Source: Aeromicrobium sp. (GTDB lineage: Bacteria > Actinomycetota > Actinomycetes > Propionibacteriales > Nocardioidaceae). Taken from it: DNA of 64,000 nucleotides. Shown piece after piece: positions 9,495 through 19,849 of the stretch; the stretch's first letter is position 1; each line of letters opens with the position of its first letter. The DNA lies in NCBI GenBank assembly GCA_008017265.1, contig SSHC01000022.1, forward strand, positions 3,194 to 67,193, given 5' to 3'. The position numbers and the translations under genes are program-made. The notes under the pieces were generated by a model that had not been told where the DNA came from, did not search any database, and worked only from the letters and a program-made list of their open reading frames with translations.

Positions 9495-11372
9495 TCAGAA
9501 GGCGTCCAGATCCAACGTCATGATGGAGTCGTCAACCGAGTCAGCCATTTGACGCTGAGCTGCGAGAATCGGCAAGACATTCTTGGCGAAGAAGGAAGCC
9601 GAAGCAACCTTTCCTTCATAGAACGACTTGTCTGCGCCGGCCGCGCCCGCTTCAAGTGCCGACAGCGAAACTTCCGCACCACGCAACAAGAGCCACGCGA
9701 CGACCAAGTCGCCAAGTACGTAGACAAGGCGAGTCGTGTTCAGCGCGACCTTGTAGATGTTGCGGATGTCGCCGTTCTCGTCGGCCGGGTTGGAGGCCAT
9801 GAGATCGGTGAACAGAGTTCCGATGATCGCTTGAGCATCTTCGTGCGCCTTGGCGAGCAATTCGCGTTCGACCTTGAGTTGCGGATTCGCGTTCTCATCA
9901 GCGATGAAAGCCGAAATCTGTTCGGAAATGTAACCGAGTGCGCGACCTTGGTCCTTGACGATCTTGCGGAAGAACAGATCCTGACCCTGAATGGCGGTGG
10001 TGCCTTCGTAGAGGGTGTCGATCTTCGCATCGCGAACGTACTGTTCGATGGGGTAGTCCTGTAAGAAGCCGGAACCACCGAATGTCTGGAGGCTTTCAGT
10101 GCCGAGCAGCACCCACGAACGCTCCGAACCGTAACCCTTGACGATCGGCAAGAGCAGGTCGTTGATTGCTGCTTCGAGGGACGCATCTTCGCCGCGTGCT
10201 TCCTTGATGAAGATGTCGTCTTGCCAACCAGCGGTGTACAGCATGAGCGAACGCAAACCTTCAGCGAACGACTTCTGCGTCAAGAGCGAGCGGCGCACAT
10301 CTGGGTGATGGGTGATGGTTACGCGCGGTGCATCCTTGGCGGGGTTGGTGAGGTCAGCGCCTTGAACGCGTTCCTTGGCGTACTCAAGTGCGTTGAGGTA
10401 ACCGGTGGAGAGCGTTGCGATGGCTTTCGAGCCGACGAGCATGCGAGCGTTTTCAATGACGCGGAACATTTGGTTGATGCCGTCGTGAACTTCACCAAGC
10501 AGCCAACCGATGGCGGGTGCGCCGTTGCCGGTGCCTGCGTCGCCGAAGGTGACTTCACAGGTGGTGGAGACCTTGATGCCCATCTTCTTTTCGACGTTGG
10601 TTACCCATGCGCCGTTGCGTTCGCCGGTCAATTCGCCGGTTTCAACGTCGAAGTGGAACTTCGGTACGAGGAAGAGGCTCAAGCCCTTCGTGCCGGGGCC
10701 GCCGACGCCTTCAATGCCGACCGGGCGAGCAAGAACGAGGTGCATGATGTTCTCGCTCATGTCGTGTTCGCCGGAGGTGATGAAGCGCTTGACGCCTTCG
10801 ATGCGCCAGGAGCCGTCTTCGTTCAAGTACGCCTTGGTGCGGCCAGCGCCGACATCCGAACCAGCATCAGGCTCGGTGAGGACCATGGTCGCGCCCCACT
10901 GGCGATCGATCATGTGCTTGGCGATCTTGCGGTCGCGGTCTGCGGTGCCGTTTTCGTGAACGATACGAGCGAACGAGGGGCCTGCACCGTACATCCAAAT
11001 GGGAGGGTTCGCGCCGAGCACGAGTTCAGCAGTCGCCCACACGAGAGAGGACGGAGCCTGCTGGCCTTCCTGTTCAGCCGTCAACTGTAGGCGCCACCAT
11101 TCGGAATCGTTCCAAGCTTGGTACGCCTTCTTGAACTCGGGGTTCATCGTGACGGTCATTGCTTCGGGATCGTAAACCGGTGGGTTGCGATCAGCATCGA
11201 CGAATGATTCGGCGAGGACTTCGCGGGCGAGGCGATCGACTTCGCCTACGATGCTGCGGGCCGTGTCGACATCCAGTTCATCGAACGGGGCGACGCCCAG
11301 GCGGGACTGGCGATCAAGAAGCTCAAAGAGGTTGAACTCGATGTCGCGCACATTGCTCTTGTAGTGGCTCAT
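9495..11372 (-). CDS. fadE5: Acyl-CoA dehydrogenase, FadE5-like
   Basis: [46 protein letters not shown]. Confidence 0.9.
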   Translation of the reverse strand: MSHYKSNVRDIEFNLFELLDRQSRLGVAPFDELDVDTARSIVGEVDRLAREVLAESFVDADRNPPVYDPEAMTVTMNPEFKKAYQAWNDSEWWRLQLTAEQEGQQAPSSLVWATAELVLGANPPIWMYGAGPSFARIVHENGTADRDRKIAKHMIDRQWGATMVLTEPDAGSDVGAGRTKAYLNEDGSWRIEGVKRFITSGEHDMSENIMHLVLARPVGIEGVGGPGTKGLSLFLVPKFHFDVETGELTGERNGAWVTNVEKKMGIKVSTTCEVTFGDAGTGNGAPAIGWLLGEVHDGINQMFRVIENARMLVGSKAIATLSTGYLNALEYAKERVQGADLTNPAKDAPRVTITHHPDVRRSLLTQKSFAEGLRSLMLYTAGWQDDIFIKEARGEDASLEAAINDLLLPIVKGYGSERSWVLLGTESLQTFGGSGFLQDYPIEQYVRDAKIDTLYEGTTAIQGQDLFFRKIVKDQGRALGYISEQISAFIADENANPQLKVERELLAKAHEDAQAIIGTLFTDLMASNPADENGDIRNIYKVALNTTRLVYVLGDLVVAWLLLRGAEVSLSALEAGAAGADKSFYEGKVASASFFAKNVLPILAAQRQMADSVDDSIMTLDLDAF

Positions 11373-11416
11373 ACCTGTTGTTCTTTCAAGTGTGTGTGAG
11401 GGCGTAACCCGATGGA

Positions 11417-11430
11417 TTACTAGCCAGTAA
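11417..11430. promoter_or_regulatory. Palindromic operator upstream of fadE5
   Basis: TTACT-AGCC-AGTAA inverted repeat about 45 bp upstream of the start. Confidence 0.5.
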
Positions 11431-11533
11431 CTTTCCTAGTTTACTGTGCTCGCGTTCCATGGCAATGCTGAGGGCTGTGGATCGCGTCACCATAAACGCG
11501 TGTGACAACGGCAAGAAATCAACGGTGAAGAGA

Positions 11534-11571
11534 CGACGATTCCCACCCGCGTGCGCGAGTGGGAATCGTTG
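11534..11571 (-). terminator. Hairpin terminator downstream of the small ORF 11595-11705
   Basis: CGACGATTCCCAC..CGCG / CGCG..GTGGGAATCGTTG long stem, followed by pyrimidines on the minus strand. Confidence 0.65.
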
Positions 11572-11594
11572 AAAGGTTGAGTCTGAGCGTGAAC

Positions 11595-11705
11595 TCAGAG
11601 TGTGCGTGTGGGGATCCGATGCAGACCGTCGGATGCAATCAGGTTCGCGGTCCGGGCAAGGCCGACCACGACTGCCGTCGCAAGGAGTGTCCAAAAGAGC
11701 GTCAT
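11595..11705 (-). CDS. 36-aa small membrane protein (not in the ORF track)
   Basis: MTLFWTLLATAVVVGLARTANLIASDGLHRIPTRTL*. RBS AGAAAGG upstream, own terminator downstream, divergent from lysR. Confidence 0.7.
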   Translation of the reverse strand: MTLFWTLLATAVVVGLARTANLIASDGLHRIPTRTL

Positions 11706-11822
11706 GAGGGTTGCCTTTCTCGTTGAGGTTGTTGCGCCTTTGTTGTGGCGTAACTCAATTCTCTAACGATTAATAGTTAAGGACAAGCCAATAAAACTAA
11801 CCTACTTGTGTAGATTTGCTAC

Positions 11823-12743
11823 ATGGACGTTCGGCGCTTGGCGCTCTTGAGGGAACTCGACGATCAAGGGGTCGTCGGCATTGTGGCCGACGAGTTCGGC
11901 ATCACTCCCTCGGCTGTATCTCAACAACTGAAAATCCTTGAACACGAGGCTGGAGTGCCGCTCGTGGAACCGGCGGGGCGTGGCGTCACATTAACCGCCG
12001 CCGGTCGCGAACTCAGCCGACTTGCGCGAAACCTTTCAGCTGAGATTGCTCGACTCGAAGGCGATTGGCGTGAATATGTGGAACAGCCATACGGGCACGT
12101 CACCATGACGATCTTTCCGTCGGCTGCCGAAATGTTCTTGCCAGGCGTCTTGGCGAGCATTGCCCAAGAAGACCGACTCTCGCTCGAATGCTCTGACTTG
12201 GACCCCAGCAACCAGTACTCACCCTCAGATTTGGCGCTCAAGTTCGACCTCGTGATTGCCGATACCCCACAACAAGACGAGAAATGGCAGCGAAGCGGCC
12301 TCGTTTCGGTGCCGCTGATGACGGAACCTCTTGACGTTGTGCTCCCGTTAGGTCATCGCCTCGCTGGGCGCAAGTCAGTCAAACCGAGCGATGTGATTGA
12401 CGAGACCTGGGTTGGCTCACCGCGAGGTTTCCCGATCGACCGCGTCATGCAGCGTCTCGAAGCGCAGGCAGGGGCAAACGCCTCCGTGGTGCAGCGCTTC
12501 AATGACAACGCCGTCGTTGAAACACTCGTGGCTGCCGGGCACGGGATTGCTTTGTTACCGCGATTCACGACCTACACGCACGACGCGAAACTCGTGCTCG
12601 TTCCGCTGGTTGGCATGGAATCTTCGAGAGAGATCGCGATCGTAATGCGCCCAGATCGACTGGCTAGACCCTCGGCTCGCAAAGTCGTGGAAGCGTTCCA
12701 AGCGGAAGCAAAGAACGTGAGACAGCGCACTGCGAACGCGTGA
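11823..12743 (+). CDS. LysR-family transcriptional regulator
   Basis: N-terminal HTH TPSAVSQQLKILEHEAG..GRGVTLT, substrate domain LVAAGHGIALLP. Confidence 0.92.
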   Translation: MDVRRLALLRELDDQGVVGIVADEFGITPSAVSQQLKILEHEAGVPLVEPAGRGVTLTAAGRELSRLARNLSAEIARLEGDWREYVEQPYGHVTMTIFPSAAEMFLPGVLASIAQEDRLSLECSDLDPSNQYSPSDLALKFDLVIADTPQQDEKWQRSGLVSVPLMTEPLDVVLPLGHRLAGRKSVKPSDVIDETWVGSPRGFPIDRVMQRLEAQAGANASVVQRFNDNAVVETLVAAGHGIALLPRFTTYTHDAKLVLVPLVGMESSREIAIVMRPDRLARPSARKVVEAFQAEAKNVRQRTANA

Positions 12744-12773
12744 GAACGCGTCCAGAAATGGGGTCAGCGAGGG

Positions 12774-13526
12774 CTATGAGCCAGTGAAACGTGAGATGAA
12801 TAACTCGAACTCTGCTGACCGAAGTGAATCAGCCTGTGCGAGTGCCTCAAAATCGACGGACTCTTCGAGCGAACCATCGCGCGCGATCGCTACAGAGGAC
12901 TTGATGTCTCGCATTACCGTGGGCGACTTCCCCGCCCAGTTTGAGGCTATCTCGATTGCGCGTGCGAGCGGATCGTCATTGATCTCCTGCGAGATACCGA
13001 GGGCGAGAGCGGTATCTGCATCAAGCGACTGGCCGTCGAACAAGATCTTCTTAGTGAGCGCTGGCCCGATGCGTTGGTTGAGCAACCACGTGCAGCCGCC
13101 GCCGGGGTGCAGGCCGATCGAACTGAACGTGGGCGCAAGAGTTGCCTTTGGTGACGTGATGATGAGGTCGCAGGCCAGAGCGATGTTGAGTCCGGCGCCT
13201 ACAGCAGGGCCGTTCACTGCTGCGACTGTCGGGATCGACAATTCGACGATGCCCAAGAACGATTCGTACATCGCCTTGAGTTGGTCACGCAACACCCGGA
13301 TGGGGCGGGTGCGGTCACCAAAAACAGTTTCTAAGTCAGCGCCCGCGCAAAAGGCACGGCCAGCTCCGGTGACAACGAGGGCTCGCGCGTCGCGGTCTTC
13401 CTCAATGTTCTTCACAGCTGACTTGATCGAATCGAGAAGGCTCCAGTTGAGCGCGTTTAAGTGCTCTGGGGAGTCGAGCGTGAGGACGCGGACGTCACCG
13501 TGCGATTCGAGAGTCACCTTTGACAT
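12774..13526 (-). CDS. Enoyl-CoA hydratase/isomerase family protein
   Basis: GRAFCAGADL, VNGPAVGAGLNIALACD, IGLHPGGG. Confidence 0.9.
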   Translation of the reverse strand: MSKVTLESHGDVRVLTLDSPEHLNALNWSLLDSIKSAVKNIEEDRDARALVVTGAGRAFCAGADLETVFGDRTRPIRVLRDQLKAMYESFLGIVELSIPTVAAVNGPAVGAGLNIALACDLIITSPKATLAPTFSSIGLHPGGGCTWLLNQRIGPALTKKILFDGQSLDADTALALGISQEINDDPLARAIEIASNWAGKSPTVMRDIKSSVAIARDGSLEESVDFEALAQADSLRSAEFELFISRFTGS

Positions 13527-13593
13527 GGCACCAGTCTATGGGGCGAGCATGATGGTTGGCGTGTTGTAGGAAAAACCTGAGTGGCAGGTGCGG

Positions 13594-14820
13594 CTACTCT
13601 TCGGGAAGCACGTCGTTGAATACGCGCAGCGTGTTGCCGCCCATGATGAGGGCGATGTCGGTTTCGGTGTATCCGCGGTTAAGGAGTTCACCGGTGATCA
13701 TGCTCAGCTGCGTCGTATCCCAACCCACGGTGACTGCCCCGTCGTAGTCGCTGCCGAGCGCCGCGGTCTGCACTCCGCCGATCTTGACGACGTGGTCGAT
13801 CGCATCGACCACCGCTTTGGGCGTGGTGTCACAGACAGCAGCGTCCCAATATCCGACGCCGATGACCCCACCGGTGGCCGCGACACGACGAATCTGTTCA
13901 TCGCTCAGGTTTCGGTTTTCCATACAGGTTCCCTGCACGCCGCCGTGACTCGAAACAACGGGCTTAGTAGCTCGGTCGAGAATGTCGTCGACCGCCGCGG
14001 GACTCGCGTGAGCGATATCGACGATCACGCCAAGGCGTTGAAGTTCGTCGAAAACTTCCTCGCCGAAGGGTGTCAGTCCGCCCTTCTTTTCGCCGTGCAT
14101 CGAACCGGCAACTTCGTTATCGAAGAAGTGAGTGAAGCCAGCCATGCGCATGCCAGCGTCATACAGCTTTTGTACGTTGTCGATCTTGCCCTCGAGATTG
14201 TGTAGTCCCTCGACCGAGAAGAGCACACCGACGGGCGCCGAACTTTCGCCTTCGAGAGCAGTCTGAAAGTACTTCTCGCGGGCAGCGAGTACGTCTGCGA
14301 GATCTCCGCGGTTTCGGATGAGAAGCAAGTTGCCGTCGGATGCTTTTGCTGCTTTCTCAAGCTTCTCGGCATGGAACATCGACCGCTCGAACGGGGAGTT
14401 CCACGTGCGACGTGGCTGCCGTTGCACGATTGAAAGTAGCCGGATGTTGTCCGAATCGGCGGAGTTTGACTTGTAGTTTTGCCCCTTGGGCGTTTTCGAG
14501 ACAGAGGAGAACACCTGAATGGCAACGTTTCCGTGTTGCAGGCGGGGCACATCCACGTGGCCGCGTCCGCTCCATTCGTTGAGATCGCGATCCCACAAAA
14601 GCGTGTCCGCATGCATGTCAACCACGGTGAGTTTTTGATGAAGGTCAGCCCCGACGGCTTCGAGTTTTGCGGCCTTGTCGTAGTCAAATTGGTCGATCTT
14701 GTTCATCGAACCCTCGACAATGGCGGGTAACGAAAGCACGACCGGAAGCGAAATGAGACCGAACGTGAGAAGCAATCCAAGCAAAATCGCACGAACACGT
14801 GCACCGCGAGTTAGGGGCAT
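13594..14820 (-). CDS. Membrane-anchored dipeptidase (peptidase M19)
   Basis: N-terminal TM, DMHADTL, SVEG, DIAHAS, SSHGG, LGSDYDG. Start at MPLTRG. Confidence 0.88.
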   Translation of the reverse strand: MPLTRGARVRAILLGLLLTFGLISLPVVLSLPAIVEGSMNKIDQFDYDKAAKLEAVGADLHQKLTVVDMHADTLLWDRDLNEWSGRGHVDVPRLQHGNVAIQVFSSVSKTPKGQNYKSNSADSDNIRLLSIVQRQPRRTWNSPFERSMFHAEKLEKAAKASDGNLLLIRNRGDLADVLAAREKYFQTALEGESSAPVGVLFSVEGLHNLEGKIDNVQKLYDAGMRMAGFTHFFDNEVAGSMHGEKKGGLTPFGEEVFDELQRLGVIVDIAHASPAAVDDILDRATKPVVSSHGGVQGTCMENRNLSDEQIRRVAATGGVIGVGYWDAAVCDTTPKAVVDAIDHVVKIGGVQTAALGSDYDGAVTVGWDTTQLSMITGELLNRGYTETDIALIMGGNTLRVFNDVLPEE

Positions 14821-14859
14821 AGCCTCACCGTAGCGCGATTCATGCGCTAGTTTCATCAT

Positions 14860-15438
14860 GTGCTGCTTTCTGATCGCGACATTCTTGACCAAATCAACCA
14901 GTCCCGTGTCACGCTGGACCCGTTCGAACCTTCGATGATCCAACCATCGAGCATTGACGTGCGCCTCGATCGCTTGTTCCGCGTGTTTGATAACCACAAA
15001 TACCCACACATCGACCCGGCTGTTGATCAGTCGGACTTGACGCGTGAAGTGGATGTTGACCCAAGCGAGGCATTCGTTTTGCATCCTGGTGAGTTCGTTC
15101 TCGGATCCACGTACGAGTTCGTGACCTTGCCGGACGACATCGCCGCGCGACTCGAAGGAAAGAGCTCGCTTGGACGCCTCGGCCTGATGACGCATTCCAC
15201 CGCAGGTTTTATTGACCCGGGATTCGGCGGACACATCACCCTTGAGCTTGCCAACGTCGCGACCCTGCCGATCAAGTTGTATCCGGGCATGAAGATTGGC
15301 CAGTTGTGCTTCTTCAAGTTGACCTCGCCAGCCGAGAACCCGTACGGCTCGGAAAAGTATGGCTCGCGATACCAAGGTCAGCGTGGCCCAACTGCTTCGC
15401 GATCCCACGCGAACTTCTACCGCACCGAGATCGACTAA
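14860..15438 (+). CDS. dcd: dCTP deaminase
   Basis: [43 protein letters not shown]. Confidence 0.96.
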   Translation: MLLSDRDILDQINQSRVTLDPFEPSMIQPSSIDVRLDRLFRVFDNHKYPHIDPAVDQSDLTREVDVDPSEAFVLHPGEFVLGSTYEFVTLPDDIAARLEGKSSLGRLGLMTHSTAGFIDPGFGGHITLELANVATLPIKLYPGMKIGQLCFFKLTSPAENPYGSEKYGSRYQGQRGPTASRSHANFYRTEID

Positions 15439-15486
15439 CCGTTTCGAGATTCCGCAACCGGCGTGGGGGCTAGATAGGTTAGTGGC

Positions 15487-16362
15487 ATGATTCTTGTTGC
15501 TGGAGATTTGCTCAATGTGGTCAAGATCGTCGCTTCGAAGGATGAACCGCGCCAGTGCATGGCGCTAGCCGATATCCACCAGTCGACGGGCGGTCAAGCC
15601 GTCCGCACTGCTGCTTGGCTGACACACTCGAACACACCGACGCGAGTTTTCGCCAAGGTGGGCGCTCGAGATGGTTCACGCCATGCCGATGCTCTACGTG
15701 GCTATGGAATCGATCCGTTCTTGGCGGTCGGACGTGACGTTGCCACGGGTACGATCGCGAGCGTTACTGACTCGACGCTTGATGCTGGACGTGCCGTGTA
15801 CGGCACTCCCATCGCGACGGAGGACTTCACCAGCAGTGACATTCCTGAAGACCTCTTTGAAGGCGCGCAATGGCTGCATCTTTCGGGCTTTTGGTTCTAT
15901 CATCCGAACAGCCGAGCGGTTGCCCGGAAGCTCATCGAGATAGCGAAGGAAGTCGGAATCGGCACGAGTGTCGATCCGGGGTCGAACGTACTGCTTCGAG
16001 GCGCATCAGCGGCGGCGTTCATTAGTTGGACGCAGGGAGTCGACCTCGTTTTTCCCAATCTGGATGAAACGCGGGCGCTGGTCGGGGCATCGGGACCGTT
16101 TATTGATTTCGAGGCCCTCGGGTCGGCGTATCCCGAAGCGGCCGTCAAGCTTGGCTCGATGGGTGCAGCCTATGTGGGGAGAGGCGCCAGAGAACAGGTA
16201 GCCGCAGCTCGCGTCGATGCCGTTGATCGAGCCGGCGTTGGTGACGCATTCGCGGCCGGGTTCCTGAGCGCGCGCTTGGCGGGCGAAAAGCCTGAAGTGT
16301 GCTTGGCGCAAGGCAACGCGCTTGCCCAAATCTGTTTGCAGTCCCAGGGCGCCCTTCCGTGA
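15487..16362 (+). CDS. PfkB family carbohydrate kinase
   Basis: GG motif, FPNLDE, VKLGSMGA, C-terminal DRAGVGDAFAAGF. Confidence 0.8.
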   Translation: MILVAGDLLNVVKIVASKDEPRQCMALADIHQSTGGQAVRTAAWLTHSNTPTRVFAKVGARDGSRHADALRGYGIDPFLAVGRDVATGTIASVTDSTLDAGRAVYGTPIATEDFTSSDIPEDLFEGAQWLHLSGFWFYHPNSRAVARKLIEIAKEVGIGTSVDPGSNVLLRGASAAAFISWTQGVDLVFPNLDETRALVGASGPFIDFEALGSAYPEAAVKLGSMGAAYVGRGAREQVAAARVDAVDRAGVGDAFAAGFLSARLAGEKPEVCLAQGNALAQICLQSQGALP

Positions 16363-17180
16363 GCTTTTATGTACCGCCAACGCGTTACCGGCGCCGACGC
16401 GGGCGTGGTGCGTGGGCCGTGCTGGGCGTCTCGATGATTCTCGCGATGGGACTTCTCGTGTTGTGGGTGCAGGGATCTGGACCCACGCTCTACGTCACCG
16501 ATAGTGACGGCGTGTGGCGGCCGCGAGTCAGCGATCAGGCGCTTCCGGAGGGAGCAGGTACTGGAAGCACGCGGATCTTGGACGAACAGATTGCTGGCGA
16601 AGGTGGCGCGGTGCAATTCATCAGGATGCAGGAAGACGGGCAGCGCCCGGTGACATTTGACCCGTGCGCAAAGATCAAAGTTGAAGTCAACTACGACACG
16701 GCGCCCGAGAATGGGCGTGAATTGACTGAGAATGCGATTGCTGAAGTGCAAGAACTCACGGCCCTGAAGTTCGAGATTATCGGCGAAACGGATCGTGACG
16801 TGAGTTTCGGCAGGGACCTGCACCTTGGCCAGCCGGTGAGGATTTCCTGGACTGATTCGCGTCGCCAGCCGTCCTTGGAGGGCGATGTCTTGGGAATGGC
16901 AGGAGCCGTGCCAGTTTCGATGGGCGTGAGCGGTACCTGGTTCTTGACGGGCCAAGTGGCGCTTGACGGTCCGGACTTGAGACGAATGCCTGACAAGCGC
17001 GTGTCCGCTGTAATCAAACACGAACTGGCGCACCTCGTTGGTCTTGACCACGTAGATGACCGGAACGAATTGATGTATCCAACGTTGGGGAGGCGCACCG
17101 AGTTTGGAGTGGGCGACCGTCGAGGCTTGGCTGAATTGGGCTCCGGAGGATGCATGACGACACGAACCTATTCGGACTGA
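16359..17180 (+). CDS. Membrane-anchored matrixin-family (metzincin) metalloprotease
   Basis: HELAHLVGLDH zinc motif, Met-turn ELMYP, N-terminal TM helix. GTGA overlap with the upstream gene. Confidence 0.85.
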   Translation: MSFYVPPTRYRRRRGRGAWAVLGVSMILAMGLLVLWVQGSGPTLYVTDSDGVWRPRVSDQALPEGAGTGSTRILDEQIAGEGGAVQFIRMQEDGQRPVTFDPCAKIKVEVNYDTAPENGRELTENAIAEVQELTALKFEIIGETDRDVSFGRDLHLGQPVRISWTDSRRQPSLEGDVLGMAGAVPVSMGVSGTWFLTGQVALDGPDLRRMPDKRVSAVIKHELAHLVGLDHVDDRNELMYPTLGRRTEFGVGDRRGLAELGSGGCMTTRTYSD

Positions 17181-17222
17181 CTTTCACAACGGCTGTGCCC
17201 AGCGTCAAAGCGCTGAACACAT

Positions 17223-17263
17223 AAAAAGATGTGCCCAGCAGTTTTCACCGCTGGGCACATCTT
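17223..17263. terminator. Bidirectional terminator between convergent genes
   Basis: AAGATGTGCCCAGC / GCTGGGCACATCTT 14-bp stem, T-tract on the minus strand. Confidence 0.8.
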
Positions 17264-17276
17264 CGTTAGGTGAGTA

Positions 17277-19652
17277 TCAGGCGTCTGATTCCGGCTTGTT
17301 GGCTTCAGGATCTTCCTGCGCAGGCTCTTCAGCCGCCGCCGGTGCATCCGCCGCGTCTGGTGCAGCTTCCTCAGCCACGGGCTCTTCGACAGCCACATCC
17401 TCAGCCACGACTTCTTCGGCCACGGCTTCTTCTGTGATGGATTCAGCTTCAGCAACAACAGCCTGTTCTGCTTCCTGACCGCGCTTCACGGAGGCGAGCA
17501 GCAACTGAGCCACGTCGAGAACCTCAACGTTGAGCAGCGACTCGTCTTCGGCCTGCTTGGCGGTCAAGCCGTCTGCCAGCATGACACGGCAGAAGGGGCA
17601 GCCCACGGCAATTTGCTCAGCGCCAGTGGCAATGGCTTCTTCCGTACGGTTGACGTTGATGCGCGAACCGATGGTTTCTTCCATCCACATGCGCGCACCG
17701 CCGGCGCCACAGCAGAACGACTTCTCTTTGGCGCGGGGCATTTCTGCATACACAGCACCAGGTACGGCGCCAATGAGTTCGCGCGGCGGTGTGTAGACCT
17801 GGTTGTGGCGACCCAAGAAGCAGGGATCGTGGTAGGTGACCTTCTTAGCGGCTTCGCCGGCGGGCGGTGCCGTCGGCTTGAGTCGGCCTTCACGCACGAG
17901 GCGGTTCAAAAGTTGCGTATGGTGAACGACTTCGAGTTCGATCCCCATCTCGATGTATTCGTTCTTGAGCGTGTTGAAGCAGTGCGCACAGGTTGAGACG
18001 ACCTTCTTGGCTTTGACCTCTTGCAAGGTGGCGGTGTTCTCCATCGCCAACTGCTTGAACACGATTTCGTTGCCTGCGCGTCGTGCGGAGTCGCCCGTGC
18101 AGGTTTCGCCGTCGCCGAGGACAGCAAAGTCGACACCAGCGATATTGAGCAATTCAGCAACCGCTTGAGTGGTCTTGATTGCGCGATCTTCATAAGCGCC
18201 AGCACAGCCAACCCAGAACAACCATTCGACTTCTTCGAGGGTTTCGATGTCATTGCCGACCTGCTTGACCTCGAAGTCGAGGCCGTCGGTCCACTTCATC
18301 CGGTCGCGTGGGTTCATGCCCCACGGGTTGCCCTTGCGTTCGAGGCCCTTGAAAATGTTGTTCAATTCGCTCGGGAAGTTCGATTCAACGAGAACCTGGT
18401 AACGGCGCATGTTGTCGATGTGGTCAACGTGTTCGATGTCGACAGGGCACTGCTGGACGCAGGCGCCACAGTTCGTGCACGACCACAGAATATCGGGGTC
18501 AATGACGCCAAAGAGATCTTCCGAACCAATGAGCGGGCGTTCGAGTTCGCGTTTCTGGTCTTCGGTGAGGGTCTCGGGGTCTTTATCGAGAAGCGGAATC
18601 TTGGCGTAAGCGTGTTCGCGCAAGCCCATCATCAAGAGCTTCGGGCTCAGCGGCTTCTCGGTGTTCCACGCTGGGCATTGGCTCTGGCAGCGACCACATT
18701 CGGTACAGGTCGTGAAGTCGAGGATGCCTTTCCAGCTGAAATCTTCGACCTTTCCGACGCCGAGGTTCTCAAATACGGACTCGTCGTACTCTTCCATCTT
18801 TTCCAGATCGAGCGGAGCGCCTTCCACGTAAAGCGGAACGAGCGCGCCAAGAGCGGTGCCGCCGTTTGCTTCACGCTTGAAGTAGATGTTGAACCAAGCC
18901 GTGAATCGGTGCCAAGCAACGCCCATCGTGAGGTTCAAACCAATCACGACCAAGAAGGCGATTGCCGAAAGGATCTTCGTGAGCGCGATGAGCGTGATCG
19001 CGGTTTCGAGTTGGTGGGCGTCAAGTCCGGACCACAGGGTTGAGCCGACCCAACTTGTGGTGGGGAAGTGCAAGGTGCTGCCGTATTTGCTGCCGTCAAG
19101 TTGCAGTAGTTGGTATTCGGCGCCACGAATCAAAATTCCAGCGGCACATTCGAGCGTGACCATCGCTTCGATGAAGTACGCCTGGCCGAAGTTAGAGCCG
19201 TAGAAGCGACTCTTTTTGCCGAGGCGGCGAGGATGGTTCATCTGGCGGTAGACGATAAAGACCGCCACGCCAATGAGGCCGAGCCAAGCGATGAGTTCGC
19301 TCACCCACTCGAACAGGAACCAGTGGCCGATGATCGGCAACACCGCGTGTGGGTTCCACACCTGCAGGTAAGCAGTCGCGACGGCAGAACTCAGGATCAA
19401 GAAGCTAAAGAAGATGGCCCAGTGCATGATGCCGACCCAGTGCCATTGCAGCATGCGCGTATGGCCGAGGGTTTCGATAAGCATGTTCTTGAGGCGAGCG
19501 CCAGGCTGGTCTTTGCGGCCGTGGGCTTCGCTACCAGCGCGGATCACGGCCAGCATTGAGCGGATACCGGGAGTCAAAATGACTACCGCGATCGCCGTGG
19601 CGACGAGCGAAGTGATTCCGGCTACAAGATTGAGTGTGCCGAGGTCCGTCAT
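17277..19652 (-). CDS. fadF: Membrane Fe-S oxidoreductase, FadF/heterodisulfide-reductase-like
   Basis: N-terminal TM region, CTECGRCQSQCP and CTNCGACVQQCP ferredoxin motifs, CCG domains (HDPC, FCCGAGG, GCPFC). Confidence 0.88.
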   Translation of the reverse strand: MTDLGTLNLVAGITSLVATAIAVVILTPGIRSMLAVIRAGSEAHGRKDQPGARLKNMLIETLGHTRMLQWHWVGIMHWAIFFSFLILSSAVATAYLQVWNPHAVLPIIGHWFLFEWVSELIAWLGLIGVAVFIVYRQMNHPRRLGKKSRFYGSNFGQAYFIEAMVTLECAAGILIRGAEYQLLQLDGSKYGSTLHFPTTSWVGSTLWSGLDAHQLETAITLIALTKILSAIAFLVVIGLNLTMGVAWHRFTAWFNIYFKREANGGTALGALVPLYVEGAPLDLEKMEEYDESVFENLGVGKVEDFSWKGILDFTTCTECGRCQSQCPAWNTEKPLSPKLLMMGLREHAYAKIPLLDKDPETLTEDQKRELERPLIGSEDLFGVIDPDILWSCTNCGACVQQCPVDIEHVDHIDNMRRYQVLVESNFPSELNNIFKGLERKGNPWGMNPRDRMKWTDGLDFEVKQVGNDIETLEEVEWLFWVGCAGAYEDRAIKTTQAVAELLNIAGVDFAVLGDGETCTGDSARRAGNEIVFKQLAMENTATLQEVKAKKVVSTCAHCFNTLKNEYIEMGIELEVVHHTQLLNRLVREGRLKPTAPPAGEAAKKVTYHDPCFLGRHNQVYTPPRELIGAVPGAVYAEMPRAKEKSFCCGAGGARMWMEETIGSRINVNRTEEAIATGAEQIAVGCPFCRVMLADGLTAKQAEDESLLNVEVLDVAQLLLASVKRGQEAEQAVVAEAESITEEAVAEEVVAEDVAVEEPVAEEAAPDAADAPAAAEEPAQEDPEANKPESDA

Positions 19653-19849
19653 GAGTTCCTCCGTCGAACTGTCTACAAGACGCTTTGCCTACAGACATTA
19701 GTGCGCGAACAGTGCGCGAGCGCACTAAGGCATACCAAACACGTGTCATGGACCCACTCGCCACGGGTCTGAGGCCACCAGCGAGAAACTTTTGCAGTTG
19801 TGCAAAAAAATTTTCAGTTTCCCTATCTTTGACCGAAACTCCTTGTTAC

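Noticed and set aside
11476-11491. TGTGG-ATCGCG-TCACC as a further CRP site
   Set aside because: Mismatch in the GTGA core makes it too weak to call.
11386-11694. 102-aa minus-strand ORF in the fadE5-lysR gap
   Set aside because: Runs through a terminator and a promoter with no RBS. The 36-aa ORF in another frame has much better signals.
14821-15408. N-terminal extension of the dipeptidase ORF
   Set aside because: Antisense to dcd; the TM anchor begins right after the ATG at 14820.
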